DNA from: an uncultured delta proteobacterium
GTDB taxonomy: Bacteria > Desulfobacterota > Binatia > JACPRU01
DNA length: 56,238 nucleotides
Reading direction: 5' to 3'
Assembly (NCBI GenBank): GCA_963708955.1
Contig: CAVPWJ010000057.1
Coordinates: forward strand, 1-56,238
A program made the translations under genes and the position numbers. The notes under the pieces are model-generated. The model was given only the letters and a program-made list of their open reading frames with translations. It was not told the origin of the DNA and did not search any database. Shown piece by piece: positions 29,101 through 37,978 of this stretch. Each line of letters starts with the position of its first letter. Positions within the stretch are counted from its first letter, which is position 1.

Positions 29101-29167
29101 ATCGAGGCGATCGAGTCGATTCACCGCGCGCGGCCGTCGGCTGGCCGCGTCAGCTCACGCGCAGCTC

Positions 29168-29257
29168 CCGCCAGAGCAGGCGGCAACGAGAAAGCAGCTT
29201 GCCGAGGCCTCGAATCTCAAATCTTCGTGTGAAACGGCGAAATCCTGCCGTAGTAGA
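29168..29257. repeat. Copy A of a diverged direct repeat (conserved non-coding segment downstream of a crotonase-like gene relic)
   Basis: Copy A reads CCGCC-agagca-GGCGG..CAACGAG..TGCCGAGGCCTCGAATCTCAAATCTTCGTGTGAAACGGCGAAATCCTGCCGTAGTAG. It aligns with 44075-44167 in the same orientation. The last ~60 nt are roughly 80 percent identical by eye. Confidence 0.6.
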
Positions 29258-29376
29258 TTAGGGCGATTCGCGATTCGCTCTAACCCTCGAGCGTCTCGCG
29301 AGCGAGCGGCGTGAGCTTCTCCTGATCGAGGAGGAACGAGTCGGCGAGGCTCGCGGACCCGAGTTGGCCTGCCGAG

Positions 29377-29844
29377 TCAGTTCAGCGGCTCGATCCTCAC
29401 GCGCGCCACCCCGTCCGCCGTCATGCCGAGCGTGCGCGCCGCCGCGTAGGAGAGATCGATGATCCTGCCGCGCACGAACGGCCCCCGGTCGTTGATGCGC
29501 ACCACCACTGATTTGCCGTTCTCGAGGTTCTTCACCCGCACCCGGGTGCCGAACGACAGATCGGGATGGGCGGCCGTCATCGCGAAGCGGTCGTAGCGCT
29601 CGCCGCTGGCGGTCCGTTGGCCTTGGTGGCGCTGGCCGTACCACGAGGCTTCGCCGACCTCGCCGCGTCCATTGGGCTCGATCACCGGGATGCGAATCGT
29701 CGAACAGGCGGCCACCAGCAGAAGCAACGACAGGCCGGCGGATGCCAGCCCCCGGCGAGACGCCGAGCGCAGCGGCGCGGCGACGGCAGCGCGCCTGTGC
29801 GGCACGGTCCGGAGCCGCCCCTCGTGCTCGTCGTCGCCGTTCAT
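29377..29844 (-). CDS. rlpA: RlpA-family septal ring lytic transglycosylase-like lipoprotein (DPBB domain)
   Basis: Lipobox LLLLVAACST. DPBB core is GEASWYGQRHQGQRTASGERYDRFAMTAAHPDLSFGTRVRVKNLENGKSVVVRINDRGPFVRGRIIDLS. Confidence 0.8.
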   Translation of the reverse strand: MNGDDEHEGRLRTVPHRRAAVAAPLRSASRRGLASAGLSLLLLVAACSTIRIPVIEPNGRGEVGEASWYGQRHQGQRTASGERYDRFAMTAAHPDLSFGTRVRVKNLENGKSVVVRINDRGPFVRGRIIDLSYAAARTLGMTADGVARVRIEPLN

Positions 29845-29934
29845 GCTTCAGCCTCGAACGTTACTTACAACAAAACCAGCCCCCAGCGGTTGCGTGCGCC
29901 CTGAAGGAAGGCGCCGAGCAGGCGCGACCAGTCA

Positions 29935-30220
29935 GATCGTGCGCGAGAAGACGCGGCCGGCATCGGGTGCGCTGAGGTGAGCATCGAAAACCATCGCCGC
30001 GTGCGATCGCCGCGTAATAGGCCTGCAAGGGGCGGAAATTCTGGGCGTACGCCCCCTGGACGTCGCTGATCCCGGTCACGCCGAAGGCGACCACATCGGT
30101 CGCGGGCTGCGTCGTGTAACCCTGGAAGTTGCGGCGCAGTCGACGATCGTCCTGCGCGCGAGCGAGCTCGTCGCTCGGCAGAGCGAAGTGATCCATGCCG
30201 ATCGAGCGATATCCGGCGCA
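29935..30220 (-). pseudogene. hemN: Oxygen-independent coproporphyrinogen III oxidase (HemN) internal fragment
   Basis: The minus strand encodes AGYRSIGMDHFALPSDELARAQDDRRLRRNFQGYTTQPATDVVAFGVTGISDVQGAYAQNFRPLQAYYAAIARGD. This resembles the region following the radical-SAM core of HemN. There is no radical-SAM N-terminal part, the reading frame decays after ~29990, and there is no start codon. It begins ~30 nt after the stop of the neighbouring amidohydrolase gene. Confidence 0.6.
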
Positions 30221-30249
30221 CCCTTGGCCAATGGCCTCTGGGCTGCGCC

Positions 30250-31380
30250 TTACAGCTTGTGAATCCTGACCGCGTTGTCGCCGAGCACCTTGCGCATGGC
30301 ATCTTCCGAAAGCGGTTGCTCGCGAACCTCTGCCACCGCCCCCGGAAAGACCGCGTCGAAATGCGGGAAGTCGGAGGCCCAGACGACGCGGTCCTCCCCA
30401 ACTAGGTCGACGGTGAAAGGCAGCGTCCGCTCGTCCGGATCCACGGAGATATGGCACTGGCGCTTGAAGTATTCGCTCGGCTTCATCCGGAGATGCGGAA
30501 CTATGAATCCGAGCTTCTCGTAGTGGCTGTCGAGACGGTCCAACCACGCCGGCAACCACCCGCCGCCCGATTCGTAGAATCCCACCTTGAGCCGCGGAAA
30601 ACGTTCCAGGACTCCGCCCGCGATCAATTGCATCAGCGCGATCTGTTGCTCGTGCGGGTGCGAGATCATGTGCGCGAAGAAAAAGTTCGTGCAGCGCTCG
30701 ATGCCCGCCGTCGGCATGTTGCGAGTCGTGGCCTCGTGGACGCACACCGGCACATCGAGATCCTGAATACACGCCCAGAACCGGTCATATGCGGGGTCGT
30801 CGAGGTTCCGGCCCTTGTACGGATTCGGTCGAATCATCACGCCTCGCATGCCGAGCTTGCCCACCGCCCGTTGTGCCTCGGCGATCGCGGCATCGATGTC
30901 TTGCATCGGCATCACCGCCACTCCAATCAGCCGACTGGAGTACGGCTTGCAATAGTCCTCCGCGAGCCAGTCGTTGTAGGCGCGGCACAGCGCCGCCGCG
31001 AGTCCCTCATCTTCGATACCTCCGAAAAAGAGCCCGACTCCCGGGAAGAGGACCACGACTTCGATCCCGTCGGTGTCCAGGTCGCGGATGCGGGCGTGCG
31101 GATCGTAGCCTCCGGGCGAAGCGTCCGCATACGATGTCGTATGCCGGAGAACGGGGTCCGCCAGTCCGCCGGGAATCATCGCGGCCCCCACACTGAACGG
31201 AGGCCGCACGCCGAGTGGCTTGCCGCCCACCATCAGCCATTCGTTCCCTTCCTTGTCGCGACCCAAGTCCGGCGCCAGGCGACGATACTTCGATTCCAGA
31301 TGCTCTGGGCACATTTTCACTGGCTCGACCACGTGTCCGTCAGCGTCGACGATGAATTTCGGTTGGTTCCTCGAAGCCAT
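30250..31380 (-). CDS. Amidohydrolase_2 family metal-dependent hydrolase/decarboxylase
   Basis: ATG at 31380 preceded by AGGAGG. N-terminal metal motif is FIVDADGHVVEP. C-terminal motif is VWASDFPHFD. Same family pattern as the ACMSD/LigW/LigI-type enzymes. Confidence 0.85.
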   Translation of the reverse strand: MASRNQPKFIVDADGHVVEPVKMCPEHLESKYRRLAPDLGRDKEGNEWLMVGGKPLGVRPPFSVGAAMIPGGLADPVLRHTTSYADASPGGYDPHARIRDLDTDGIEVVVLFPGVGLFFGGIEDEGLAAALCRAYNDWLAEDYCKPYSSRLIGVAVMPMQDIDAAIAEAQRAVGKLGMRGVMIRPNPYKGRNLDDPAYDRFWACIQDLDVPVCVHEATTRNMPTAGIERCTNFFFAHMISHPHEQQIALMQLIAGGVLERFPRLKVGFYESGGGWLPAWLDRLDSHYEKLGFIVPHLRMKPSEYFKRQCHISVDPDERTLPFTVDLVGEDRVVWASDFPHFDAVFPGAVAEVREQPLSEDAMRKVLGDNAVRIHKL

Positions 31381-31433
31381 TGGAGCTCCTCCTTTCCGTA
31401 CGCCGTTTGACCCGAAACGTTCGAGGCTAGCCG

Positions 31434-32516
31434 TCAACTCTTACTCAGCTCTGCGTCCAACGTAGGACGAACCCGATCGGCAAACAGCTCCAGTGTGCGC
31501 ATGCGATGTTCGTGATTCTCGTTCAATAGGAAGAAGAGGTAACGCCCGACCTTCATTCGCCTTAGGAAATCAAGGCTACGAGCGGTGACCGACTCCGCCG
31601 TGCCGAAATACGTGGCACGCTCGTTCATGTAATCATAGGTGATCTTTTCCGCGGGAATGACGGGCTCGCCCGGGCGAGCAATCGTCACGTTAAACCCGTG
31701 CTCGCTGAAGTAATACGCAAAGCTCGTCATGAATTCTTCCATGTGATCGCGGGCCTGCGCTTCGGAATCGGCAACGTACGTCGGGATGCCCACGAGAATG
31801 TCGTCCGGACCGACGGCCCACCCCGCCTCCTCGGCCGTCTTCCGGTAGATTCCGATGAATTTGGCCAAGTACTCTTCCGAGGCGAACGCAAAAAGACCCT
31901 TCATCCTGTAACGAGCCGCGATCCGCGCGCTGGTCTCACTGGAGATCGCCAGCCACAGCGGCATGGTCGGTCTCTGGTAGGGGCGTGGAATGGTGGTTAT
32001 TTGCGGTGCGGGAGCTTTACCTGCCGGCACGTTGAAGAATTTGCCGGCATGAGAGAACTTCTCATTGCGGAGGGCTTTGATGACGACATCCAGGGTTTCG
32101 GCGGAAAGGGCGCGCCCTTCCGCATCGGGAAGCATGACTTCAAACCCATCCAGCTCATAGCGATTGTAGCCGCGCCCGACGCCAAACTCCACTCGCCCCC
32201 GACTCAGGTGATCCACCAGGCATATATCTTCAGCCAAGCGGACTGGATTCCACTGGGGCAGGATCGCGACCGCCGTCCCGAGGCGAATGCGACTGGTCAC
32301 GCCCGCCAGGTAGGCCAGGAAGAGAACGGGATTCGGCATGATCTCCCAGCCTACCTCCTGAAAATGATGCTCGCCCCACCAATAAGTATCGTAGCCGAGC
32401 TCCTCGCAGCGGGTCACTTCACTCACGCTCTGCTGGATACGCCGTTGGTACCGCTCGGAATTCATGGCGGCAGTTCGATCGCTGAGAACGTCAAACACAT
32501 CAATCTTCAGTTTCAT
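31434..32516 (-). CDS. Luciferase-like (LLM class) flavin/F420-dependent oxidoreductase
   Basis: GYDTYWWGEHHF.., ..IRLGTAVAILPQWNPVRLAEDICLVDHLSRGRVEFGVGRGY.. are typical of the LLM TIM barrel. Confidence 0.85.
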   Translation of the reverse strand: MKLKIDVFDVLSDRTAAMNSERYQRRIQQSVSEVTRCEELGYDTYWWGEHHFQEVGWEIMPNPVLFLAYLAGVTSRIRLGTAVAILPQWNPVRLAEDICLVDHLSRGRVEFGVGRGYNRYELDGFEVMLPDAEGRALSAETLDVVIKALRNEKFSHAGKFFNVPAGKAPAPQITTIPRPYQRPTMPLWLAISSETSARIAARYRMKGLFAFASEEYLAKFIGIYRKTAEEAGWAVGPDDILVGIPTYVADSEAQARDHMEEFMTSFAYYFSEHGFNVTIARPGEPVIPAEKITYDYMNERATYFGTAESVTARSLDFLRRMKVGRYLFFLLNENHEHRMRTLELFADRVRPTLDAELSKS

Positions 32517-32572
32517 GTCTTCAAGTCACTTCCCTGTGCGTCACTTCCGTTCCGCGTTACGTGAGCCCTAAT

Positions 32573-33697
32573 TTAGACGTTGTAGTACTTGGCCGCGTTT
32601 GCGCCGAGAACCTTGTTGATGGACTCTTCCGGCAAGCCGGCGAGGTACTTGCGGGTCGTGGCCACGGGTTGCGGGAATCCTTCTCCATGGGGGTAGTCGG
32701 AGCCCATGAAGAACTTGTCGTCTCCCACAACCTGCATCACGTGGGGAAGCATTTTTTCCGCCGGGTCGCATGAGATCCAAATGTTCCGATTGAAATAATC
32801 CGTCGCGGGCATCTTCATCTGCGAGTGATGGCCCTGATACCCGAAATGGTAGTCCATTCTCTCGAGCCACTCACCGACCCATCCAGACTTCGCTTCCACC
32901 GTCGCGACGCGAATCCTCGGGAAGCGCTCGAACACGCCGTCGAACATCATCGACGTGAGCGCCAATCGCGGCTCCTGCGGGAGATTCACCGAGAGATACA
33001 TCATCCCAGGGGTCTTGTCCCGGTACCAAGCCGTTCCCGCGTAGTCCAAGTGAAAGCTGATGTGGACGCTGACGGCGATATTCAAGTCCTGCGCGGCAGC
33101 CCAAATCGGATCATAATCGGGGTGCCCGAAGCTCTTTCCACCGACGGGGATCGCCGCGATGAACGCGGTACGAGCCCCCAGCTTCGCGACTCGCTGAAGC
33201 TCCTTTACGGCAAGCGCCGGGTCGCGCATTGACAGATGGGCGCCTGGAAACATCCGGTCCTTATAGCCCGCCACCATCTCAAATGCCCAGGTGTTGTACG
33301 CGCGACAATGTGCGTCGGCCAAAACCGGATCGCTGACCAGTGTTTCCCAGAGAATTGCCATGGTCGGATAGATGATCTGAGCATCGATCTTCTCGTGATC
33401 CATGAACTCGATCCGTTTCCCCATGTCCTGCCACTCGGGACTGAGCAGGGCGTTCTCGTCGAACTGGTCCCACTTCTCTCCCTTTTCCTTCTTCCCATAG
33501 GCAGCCAGGTCGCCGAACAGCGGGCCGAGCAGATACTCGGGCAACGGCTTTCCATCCGCCGCTATGGTGTGGGAGCCGGTATCGGGATCCACTCTGAAAC
33601 TGACTGCGCGGTCCCGAAACTTAGAATCGATGCGCTTCTCCCAAAGATTCAAGGGCTCCAGAAAATGGCTATCGCCGTCTATAATTCTGAGACTCAT
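32573..33697 (-). CDS. Amidohydrolase_2 family protein
   Basis: MSLRIIDGDSHFLEP at the N-terminus and FFMGSDYPHGEG near the C-terminus. Paralogous pattern to 30250..31380 and 33771..34874. Confidence 0.85.
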   Translation of the reverse strand: MSLRIIDGDSHFLEPLNLWEKRIDSKFRDRAVSFRVDPDTGSHTIAADGKPLPEYLLGPLFGDLAAYGKKEKGEKWDQFDENALLSPEWQDMGKRIEFMDHEKIDAQIIYPTMAILWETLVSDPVLADAHCRAYNTWAFEMVAGYKDRMFPGAHLSMRDPALAVKELQRVAKLGARTAFIAAIPVGGKSFGHPDYDPIWAAAQDLNIAVSVHISFHLDYAGTAWYRDKTPGMMYLSVNLPQEPRLALTSMMFDGVFERFPRIRVATVEAKSGWVGEWLERMDYHFGYQGHHSQMKMPATDYFNRNIWISCDPAEKMLPHVMQVVGDDKFFMGSDYPHGEGFPQPVATTRKYLAGLPEESINKVLGANAAKYYNV

Positions 33698-33770
33698 AAC
33701 AAACTCGCCCCCGCATTTTGCCTGTTTGGTCTATTTCTATATCCAGAGGAACACAGGCGTGACCCTAGTC

Positions 33771-34874
33771 TTAGATTCGGAAATACCGTGCGGCGTTGTC
33801 TCCGAGAACCTTCGCTTTCTGCGCATCGGAAACCCCCGGCTTTTTACGGATATCAGCGAGCGCGTCTCCGACGTCGTCAGCGTCCCAGTGAGGGTAATCG
33901 GATGCCCAGAGGATCTGGTCTTCTCCGGCAACGCGGATCGCTTCCGGAATCCAGTTATCTTCGCCTTCACAGGAAAAGTAGAGTTGGCCGGACTGGATAT
34001 ATTCCGACACGGGGCGCTTCCGCCCGAATGGCAGCGGATAGGGCATCTTCAGTTGGCTTTGTAGGCGATCCCTCCAGAAGCCAATCCAGCCAACGCCAGA
34101 CTCCATGAAACCGACCCGCAGCTTGGGAAACTTGTCGAGCACGCCGCCGTAGATCAGCCGCCCGAGGGCCAACATGTTGTCGAACGGGAAGGCAGCCGCG
34201 TGCATCAACGGGAACATGTCATTGAGCATATCCCCTCCGGCCGTATCCGGGACGGCAATCGCCGAATCGTGAATCGAAGCCGGAACATCGAGATCCTGGA
34301 GCGTTTCCCAAAGTGGATAGAAGTACTCAGAATCGAGTGTCTTACCCAACACACCATGCATGCTGGGGGCGATCACGACCCCGATGGCCCCTTTCTTCCC
34401 CACCGCCTCGCGGGCGATCTTTACCGAAGCATCCATATCGTGGAGGGGAACGTAGGCGAGCCACTTCATGCGATCCGGAGCGGTCGAGCAATACTCGGCG
34501 ACCCATTTGTTGTATGCGTTACACATCGCGCCAGCCAGCCCGCCATCTTTGATGGTATTGAGGCCGGCCATCAATCCTCCGAAGACAACCGCGATGTCGA
34601 TACCCGACTCATTCATGTCCTTTAACCGAGCGTCGGGCTCGTTCCCACCGGGGCGGGTGTTGGCTAGCTCCATGAAATCAGGGAGATTCTTCGCACCCCA
34701 ATCACCCGCATTATACATATAGAACCGCTCCTCAACCATCCACAGCTCCTTACCCCAATTCCCTCGAATCAGGCGAGGACGCTGATTGCGGTAAGCCTTG
34801 TCCATGTACTCATCGAAAACCTTTTCGGTTTCCGTCACGTGACCGTCACAATCAATCACTTTTCCATGCGTCAT
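33771..34874 (-). CDS. Amidohydrolase_2 family protein
   Basis: MTHGKVIDCDGHVTET at the N-terminus and ILWASDYPHWD near the C-terminus. RBS GAAAGGAA. Confidence 0.85.
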   Translation of the reverse strand: MTHGKVIDCDGHVTETEKVFDEYMDKAYRNQRPRLIRGNWGKELWMVEERFYMYNAGDWGAKNLPDFMELANTRPGGNEPDARLKDMNESGIDIAVVFGGLMAGLNTIKDGGLAGAMCNAYNKWVAEYCSTAPDRMKWLAYVPLHDMDASVKIAREAVGKKGAIGVVIAPSMHGVLGKTLDSEYFYPLWETLQDLDVPASIHDSAIAVPDTAGGDMLNDMFPLMHAAAFPFDNMLALGRLIYGGVLDKFPKLRVGFMESGVGWIGFWRDRLQSQLKMPYPLPFGRKRPVSEYIQSGQLYFSCEGEDNWIPEAIRVAGEDQILWASDYPHWDADDVGDALADIRKKPGVSDAQKAKVLGDNAARYFRI

Positions 34875-34925
34875 GGTCGGGTTCCTTTCTCAAAAGCCGA
34901 GCCGCAATGGGCGGCACTAAAGTCT

Positions 34926-35978
34926 CTAGCCAACCAATACCTTCACCGCGGACTCATCCGAGCTGATGCACTCAAAGGCGCGGACAGTCTGGTCGAGCGG
35001 GAATCGATGAGAAATCATCGGCGGAGACTGAATGATCCCTTTCTCCAATAGGCGGAGAACGGCTTCCGAATCCGGGCCCAGCTTATATCCGCAGGATCCG
35101 AACACTGTGATGCCCTTCTCGACGATCCGAGACGGCACAAAGCTACTCGGCTTTTCGTGCATCGCTACCATGACGACCTTCCCACCCGGACGAACGAGGT
35201 CGACTGACATATCGAAGGTCGCCGGAACCCCGGCGCACTCGAATACAATGTCGGGCCCTCGATTCTTCCCACCTGCCTTAGCGATCAGTTCGGAAACGTT
35301 CCCTTCGCGGGGATCTAGCACGAGGTCTGCACCGCATGCCTTTGCGGCTGCCTGGCGCGCTTTCTTCACTTCGACCGAAACGATCAACCCCGCGCCCCGG
35401 GCCCGAAGGAACTGAATGATCCCGAGACCGATCTGGCCCGCGCCGAGAACGACAACGCGGTCCCCCGGCTGACTGGCGCCGAGAACCGTCGCCCGATAGC
35501 CGACGGATAACGGCTCAACCAAAGCTCCGTCCTCGAAATTCAGAGACGCAGGAATCGAAAATACGGTGAAGCCGAGCTGCGCACGGGGAACTTTGACTAG
35601 CTCGGCAAAGGCGCCGAGCGCCGAGCCGTAGCCAATGGCCCCGTCAATGGACGTGCCGCTGAACAACCCCTCGCAGAGATTTGCCTCCCCGCGACGACAC
35701 GACGCACAGGTCCGACACGGGACGATGGCCAAGCCGCAGAGCCGGTCTCCGACCTTGATGTCCGATACCTTGTTACCGACCGCGGTAACCTCCCCGCCGA
35801 ACTCATGCCCCATGACTTGACCCGGACATCCGTACCAACCCGCGTTGTAGGTGTGGACGTCTGAGCCGCAGATTCCGCAGGATTTCACCTTCATGACGAT
35901 ATCTTCGGCACCGGGAACCGGCTCCGGGATATCCTCAATCGTCATCTGTCGGATACCGTGATAGACCGCTGCTTTCAT
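34926..35978 (-). CDS. Zinc-dependent medium-chain alcohol dehydrogenase
   Basis: CGICGSDVH and GHEFGGEV catalytic-zinc motifs. Structural-zinc Cys cluster is CRTCASCRRGEANLC. Rossmann motif is VLGAGQIGLG. Confidence 0.85.
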   Translation of the reverse strand: MKAAVYHGIRQMTIEDIPEPVPGAEDIVMKVKSCGICGSDVHTYNAGWYGCPGQVMGHEFGGEVTAVGNKVSDIKVGDRLCGLAIVPCRTCASCRRGEANLCEGLFSGTSIDGAIGYGSALGAFAELVKVPRAQLGFTVFSIPASLNFEDGALVEPLSVGYRATVLGASQPGDRVVVLGAGQIGLGIIQFLRARGAGLIVSVEVKKARQAAAKACGADLVLDPREGNVSELIAKAGGKNRGPDIVFECAGVPATFDMSVDLVRPGGKVVMVAMHEKPSSFVPSRIVEKGITVFGSCGYKLGPDSEAVLRLLEKGIIQSPPMISHRFPLDQTVRAFECISSDESAVKVLVG

Positions 35979-35992
35979 CGTCTACGCCCTTT

Positions 35993-36445
35993 CTACTTGC
36001 CGTAAATTTCGATCATCGTCTTGTCCGGGTCGTAGAAACGAAAGACCTTGATTTTCCCATACGGCGCCATTTCATAAGTAATGGGAGGGCATGTGCACTC
36101 GACGCCTTTGGAAATCAACTCATCGTAGGTCTCTTGCGCATCCTTGACCCAAAAACCGACATGGGTCAGTCCTGGATGGTTCGACGGAACCGCCGATTTA
36201 CCCGCTCCATCCTTGAAGCACAGCAAGTCAAAGTGGGTTTTCTCTTCGCCACCGCACTTCATCAGGAGAGCTTGGTGTACCCCCTTGCCGTATGGAATCG
36301 CATTCAGATCATCAGCGCCACGGTCATCCACCGTGATCGGCTCACCCTCTTTTTCGAAACCAAGGATGTCATGGTACCACTGATAGGATTTCTCGAGATC
36401 CTTTACGACAACCGCAACATGCGAAAGTCTCGTCGTCATAATCAT
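35993..36445 (-). CDS. VOC (glyoxalase/bleomycin resistance/extradiol dioxygenase) family protein
   Basis: RLSHVAVVVKDLEKSYQWYHDILGF.. and ..GLTHVGFWVKDAQETYDEL.. form paired beta-alpha-beta-beta-beta modules. 150 aa. Confidence 0.8.
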   Translation of the reverse strand: MIMTTRLSHVAVVVKDLEKSYQWYHDILGFEKEGEPITVDDRGADDLNAIPYGKGVHQALLMKCGGEEKTHFDLLCFKDGAGKSAVPSNHPGLTHVGFWVKDAQETYDELISKGVECTCPPITYEMAPYGKIKVFRFYDPDKTMIEIYGK

Positions 36446-36501
36446 CCGACCAAACTCCTCTTAATGGTGTGACACTTCAGTTTCTTAGGATTTTCGTACT
36501 G

Positions 36502-36538
36502 TGTGGGGTATCGGCGGTCATCTAGCCGACACCCCACA
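36502..36538. terminator. 13-bp hairpin in the 124-nt gap between the LLM and VOC genes
   Basis: TGTGGGGT-a-TCGGC-ggtcatcta-GCCGA-c-ACCCCACA. The T-run follows on the plus strand only, so a role as terminator or attenuator of the minus-strand operon is uncertain. Confidence 0.4.
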
Positions 36539-36569
36539 TTTTCATTCGATTCGGACTCCGCTCTTTGGA

Positions 36570-37694
36570 TTACGCAGCACTGCGCAGAGTCTCGCCGGGC
36601 TTTTTCAACGTCGGCAGGACATGCTTGCCGTACAGGTCGATCGCCTTGAGAACCTTGGCGTTCTCCCCGTTCCCGAACTCGAACATTCCCAGCATCAGAT
36701 CGACGCCGATCTCCCTAAACGGCTTGAGCTGCTCGGCGCACTGATCCGGCGTGCCGACGATGATTCGATTCTTACTCTGCAACTCGTCAAACGTCAGCTT
36801 GTCCAAGCCGAGCGAGAACATCTTGTCCAGATACTTGAGGTTCTGCGGGCGCTCCTTGTGGAACCCTCTCTTCACGATCTCGATGGAGCTCTTCATGTAC
36901 CAAAGAATCAACTCCTCCGAGTCCTTGCGCGCCTGCGCGGCCGTCTCGGCCACGTGAACCGGAATCGCCGCGCCGATCTTGACCGACTTGGGATCATGCC
37001 CCGCGTCCGCAACCGCCTTGCGGAACTTCGCAATCCCATCCGCGAACGCATCCAGCGGCTGGAAGAACGAGAACGTCAACAGGCTCAACCCCATCTTCCC
37101 GATCAGTGAAGGCGTATCCGGCCCCAACGTCGCCACCCAAATCGGCGGGTGCGGCCGCTGCACCGGCTTCGGAACCACCTTGATCGGCTCCGTGATATTG
37201 TAGAATTGTCCCTTGTACGTGAAGTTGTCCTCACGCCAGCAGGTCTTGATGATCTCCAGATCCTCCGCCCAGCGCTCCCGGTTCTCCTGGTACGGGACTT
37301 CCATCGCATCGTAGTCGGCTCGGTGACCGCCACGGCCCGTGCCAAACTCCACCCGTCCGCCGGTCAGCTGATCCAACGTGGCAATCCGCTCCGCGGTCAT
37401 GATCGGATGCGCCAGCGGAAGCACGATCACTCCCGTGCCAAAGCGGATCTGCTTCGTTCGCCGCGCCAACGCCGAAAAGAACATCTCGGGCGCCGGCATG
37501 TGCGAGTGACCCGCCATGATGTGATGGTCAACCGACCACGCCGAGTGGAAACCGAGCTTGTCCGCGAGCTCAACCTGATCCATGCACTCCGAATACAGCT
37601 CGCCATCAGGCTTCGGCTTGCCCTTCAGCGGATTCGGGATCTCGCTGGTCTGTGGAGAAAGAAATTCAAAAAATAGCGCTGATTCCATAAGCAA
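36570..37694 (-). CDS. Luciferase-like (LLM class) flavin/F420-dependent oxidoreductase
   Basis: LGFHSAWSVDHH.., ..IRFGTGVIVLPLAHPIMTAERIATLDQLTGGRVEFGTGRGG... RBS AGGAGG lies 7 nt before the ATG. Confidence 0.85.
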   Translation of the reverse strand: MLMESALFFEFLSPQTSEIPNPLKGKPKPDGELYSECMDQVELADKLGFHSAWSVDHHIMAGHSHMPAPEMFFSALARRTKQIRFGTGVIVLPLAHPIMTAERIATLDQLTGGRVEFGTGRGGHRADYDAMEVPYQENRERWAEDLEIIKTCWREDNFTYKGQFYNITEPIKVVPKPVQRPHPPIWVATLGPDTPSLIGKMGLSLLTFSFFQPLDAFADGIAKFRKAVADAGHDPKSVKIGAAIPVHVAETAAQARKDSEELILWYMKSSIEIVKRGFHKERPQNLKYLDKMFSLGLDKLTFDELQSKNRIIVGTPDQCAEQLKPFREIGVDLMLGMFEFGNGENAKVLKAIDLYGKHVLPTLKKPGETLRSAA

Positions 37695-37820
37695 ACCTCC
37701 TATGTTCGAAGTACCACACGTTATTTGGCCTCCTATAGACCAGTTATTTCAAGAGGTAAACAAAAAAATTCTCCTAATTCTAGAAGTAAAAAAGCCTAAT
37801 ATATTCAAATATATACGGCC
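37695..37820 (-). promoter_or_regulatory. AT-rich spacer with candidate sigma70-type promoter for the LLM-to-amidohydrolase gene string
   Basis: Hand count gives 16/60 G+C for 37741-37800. On the minus strand, TTTACC (37760-37755), 17 nt and TATAGG (37737-37732) lie ~40 nt upstream of the ATG at 37694. Confidence 0.35.
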
Positions 37821-37978
37821 CTAGATTCCTCGAGACAGAGCAGCCTCAGGGCATCCGGGATTCCCGATTCCAAGGCGCGACGGGTCAGCCTTGGCGAGCG
37901 CGAGCTTCTCTTCGGAGAACATCTCGGGAAACCGCGGGCCAACGGACTCGGGAGTTCCGGCGATCATCTCGGCGACCG

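Noticed and set aside
37821-37967. 48-codon minus-strand ORF (MIAGTPESVGPRFPEMFSEEKLALAKADPSRLGIGNPGCPEAALSRGI) right after the DinB-like gene
   Set aside because: It looks protein-like, but it has a weak RBS and no recognisable family. It may be another gene tail relic. The evidence is insufficient to call it.
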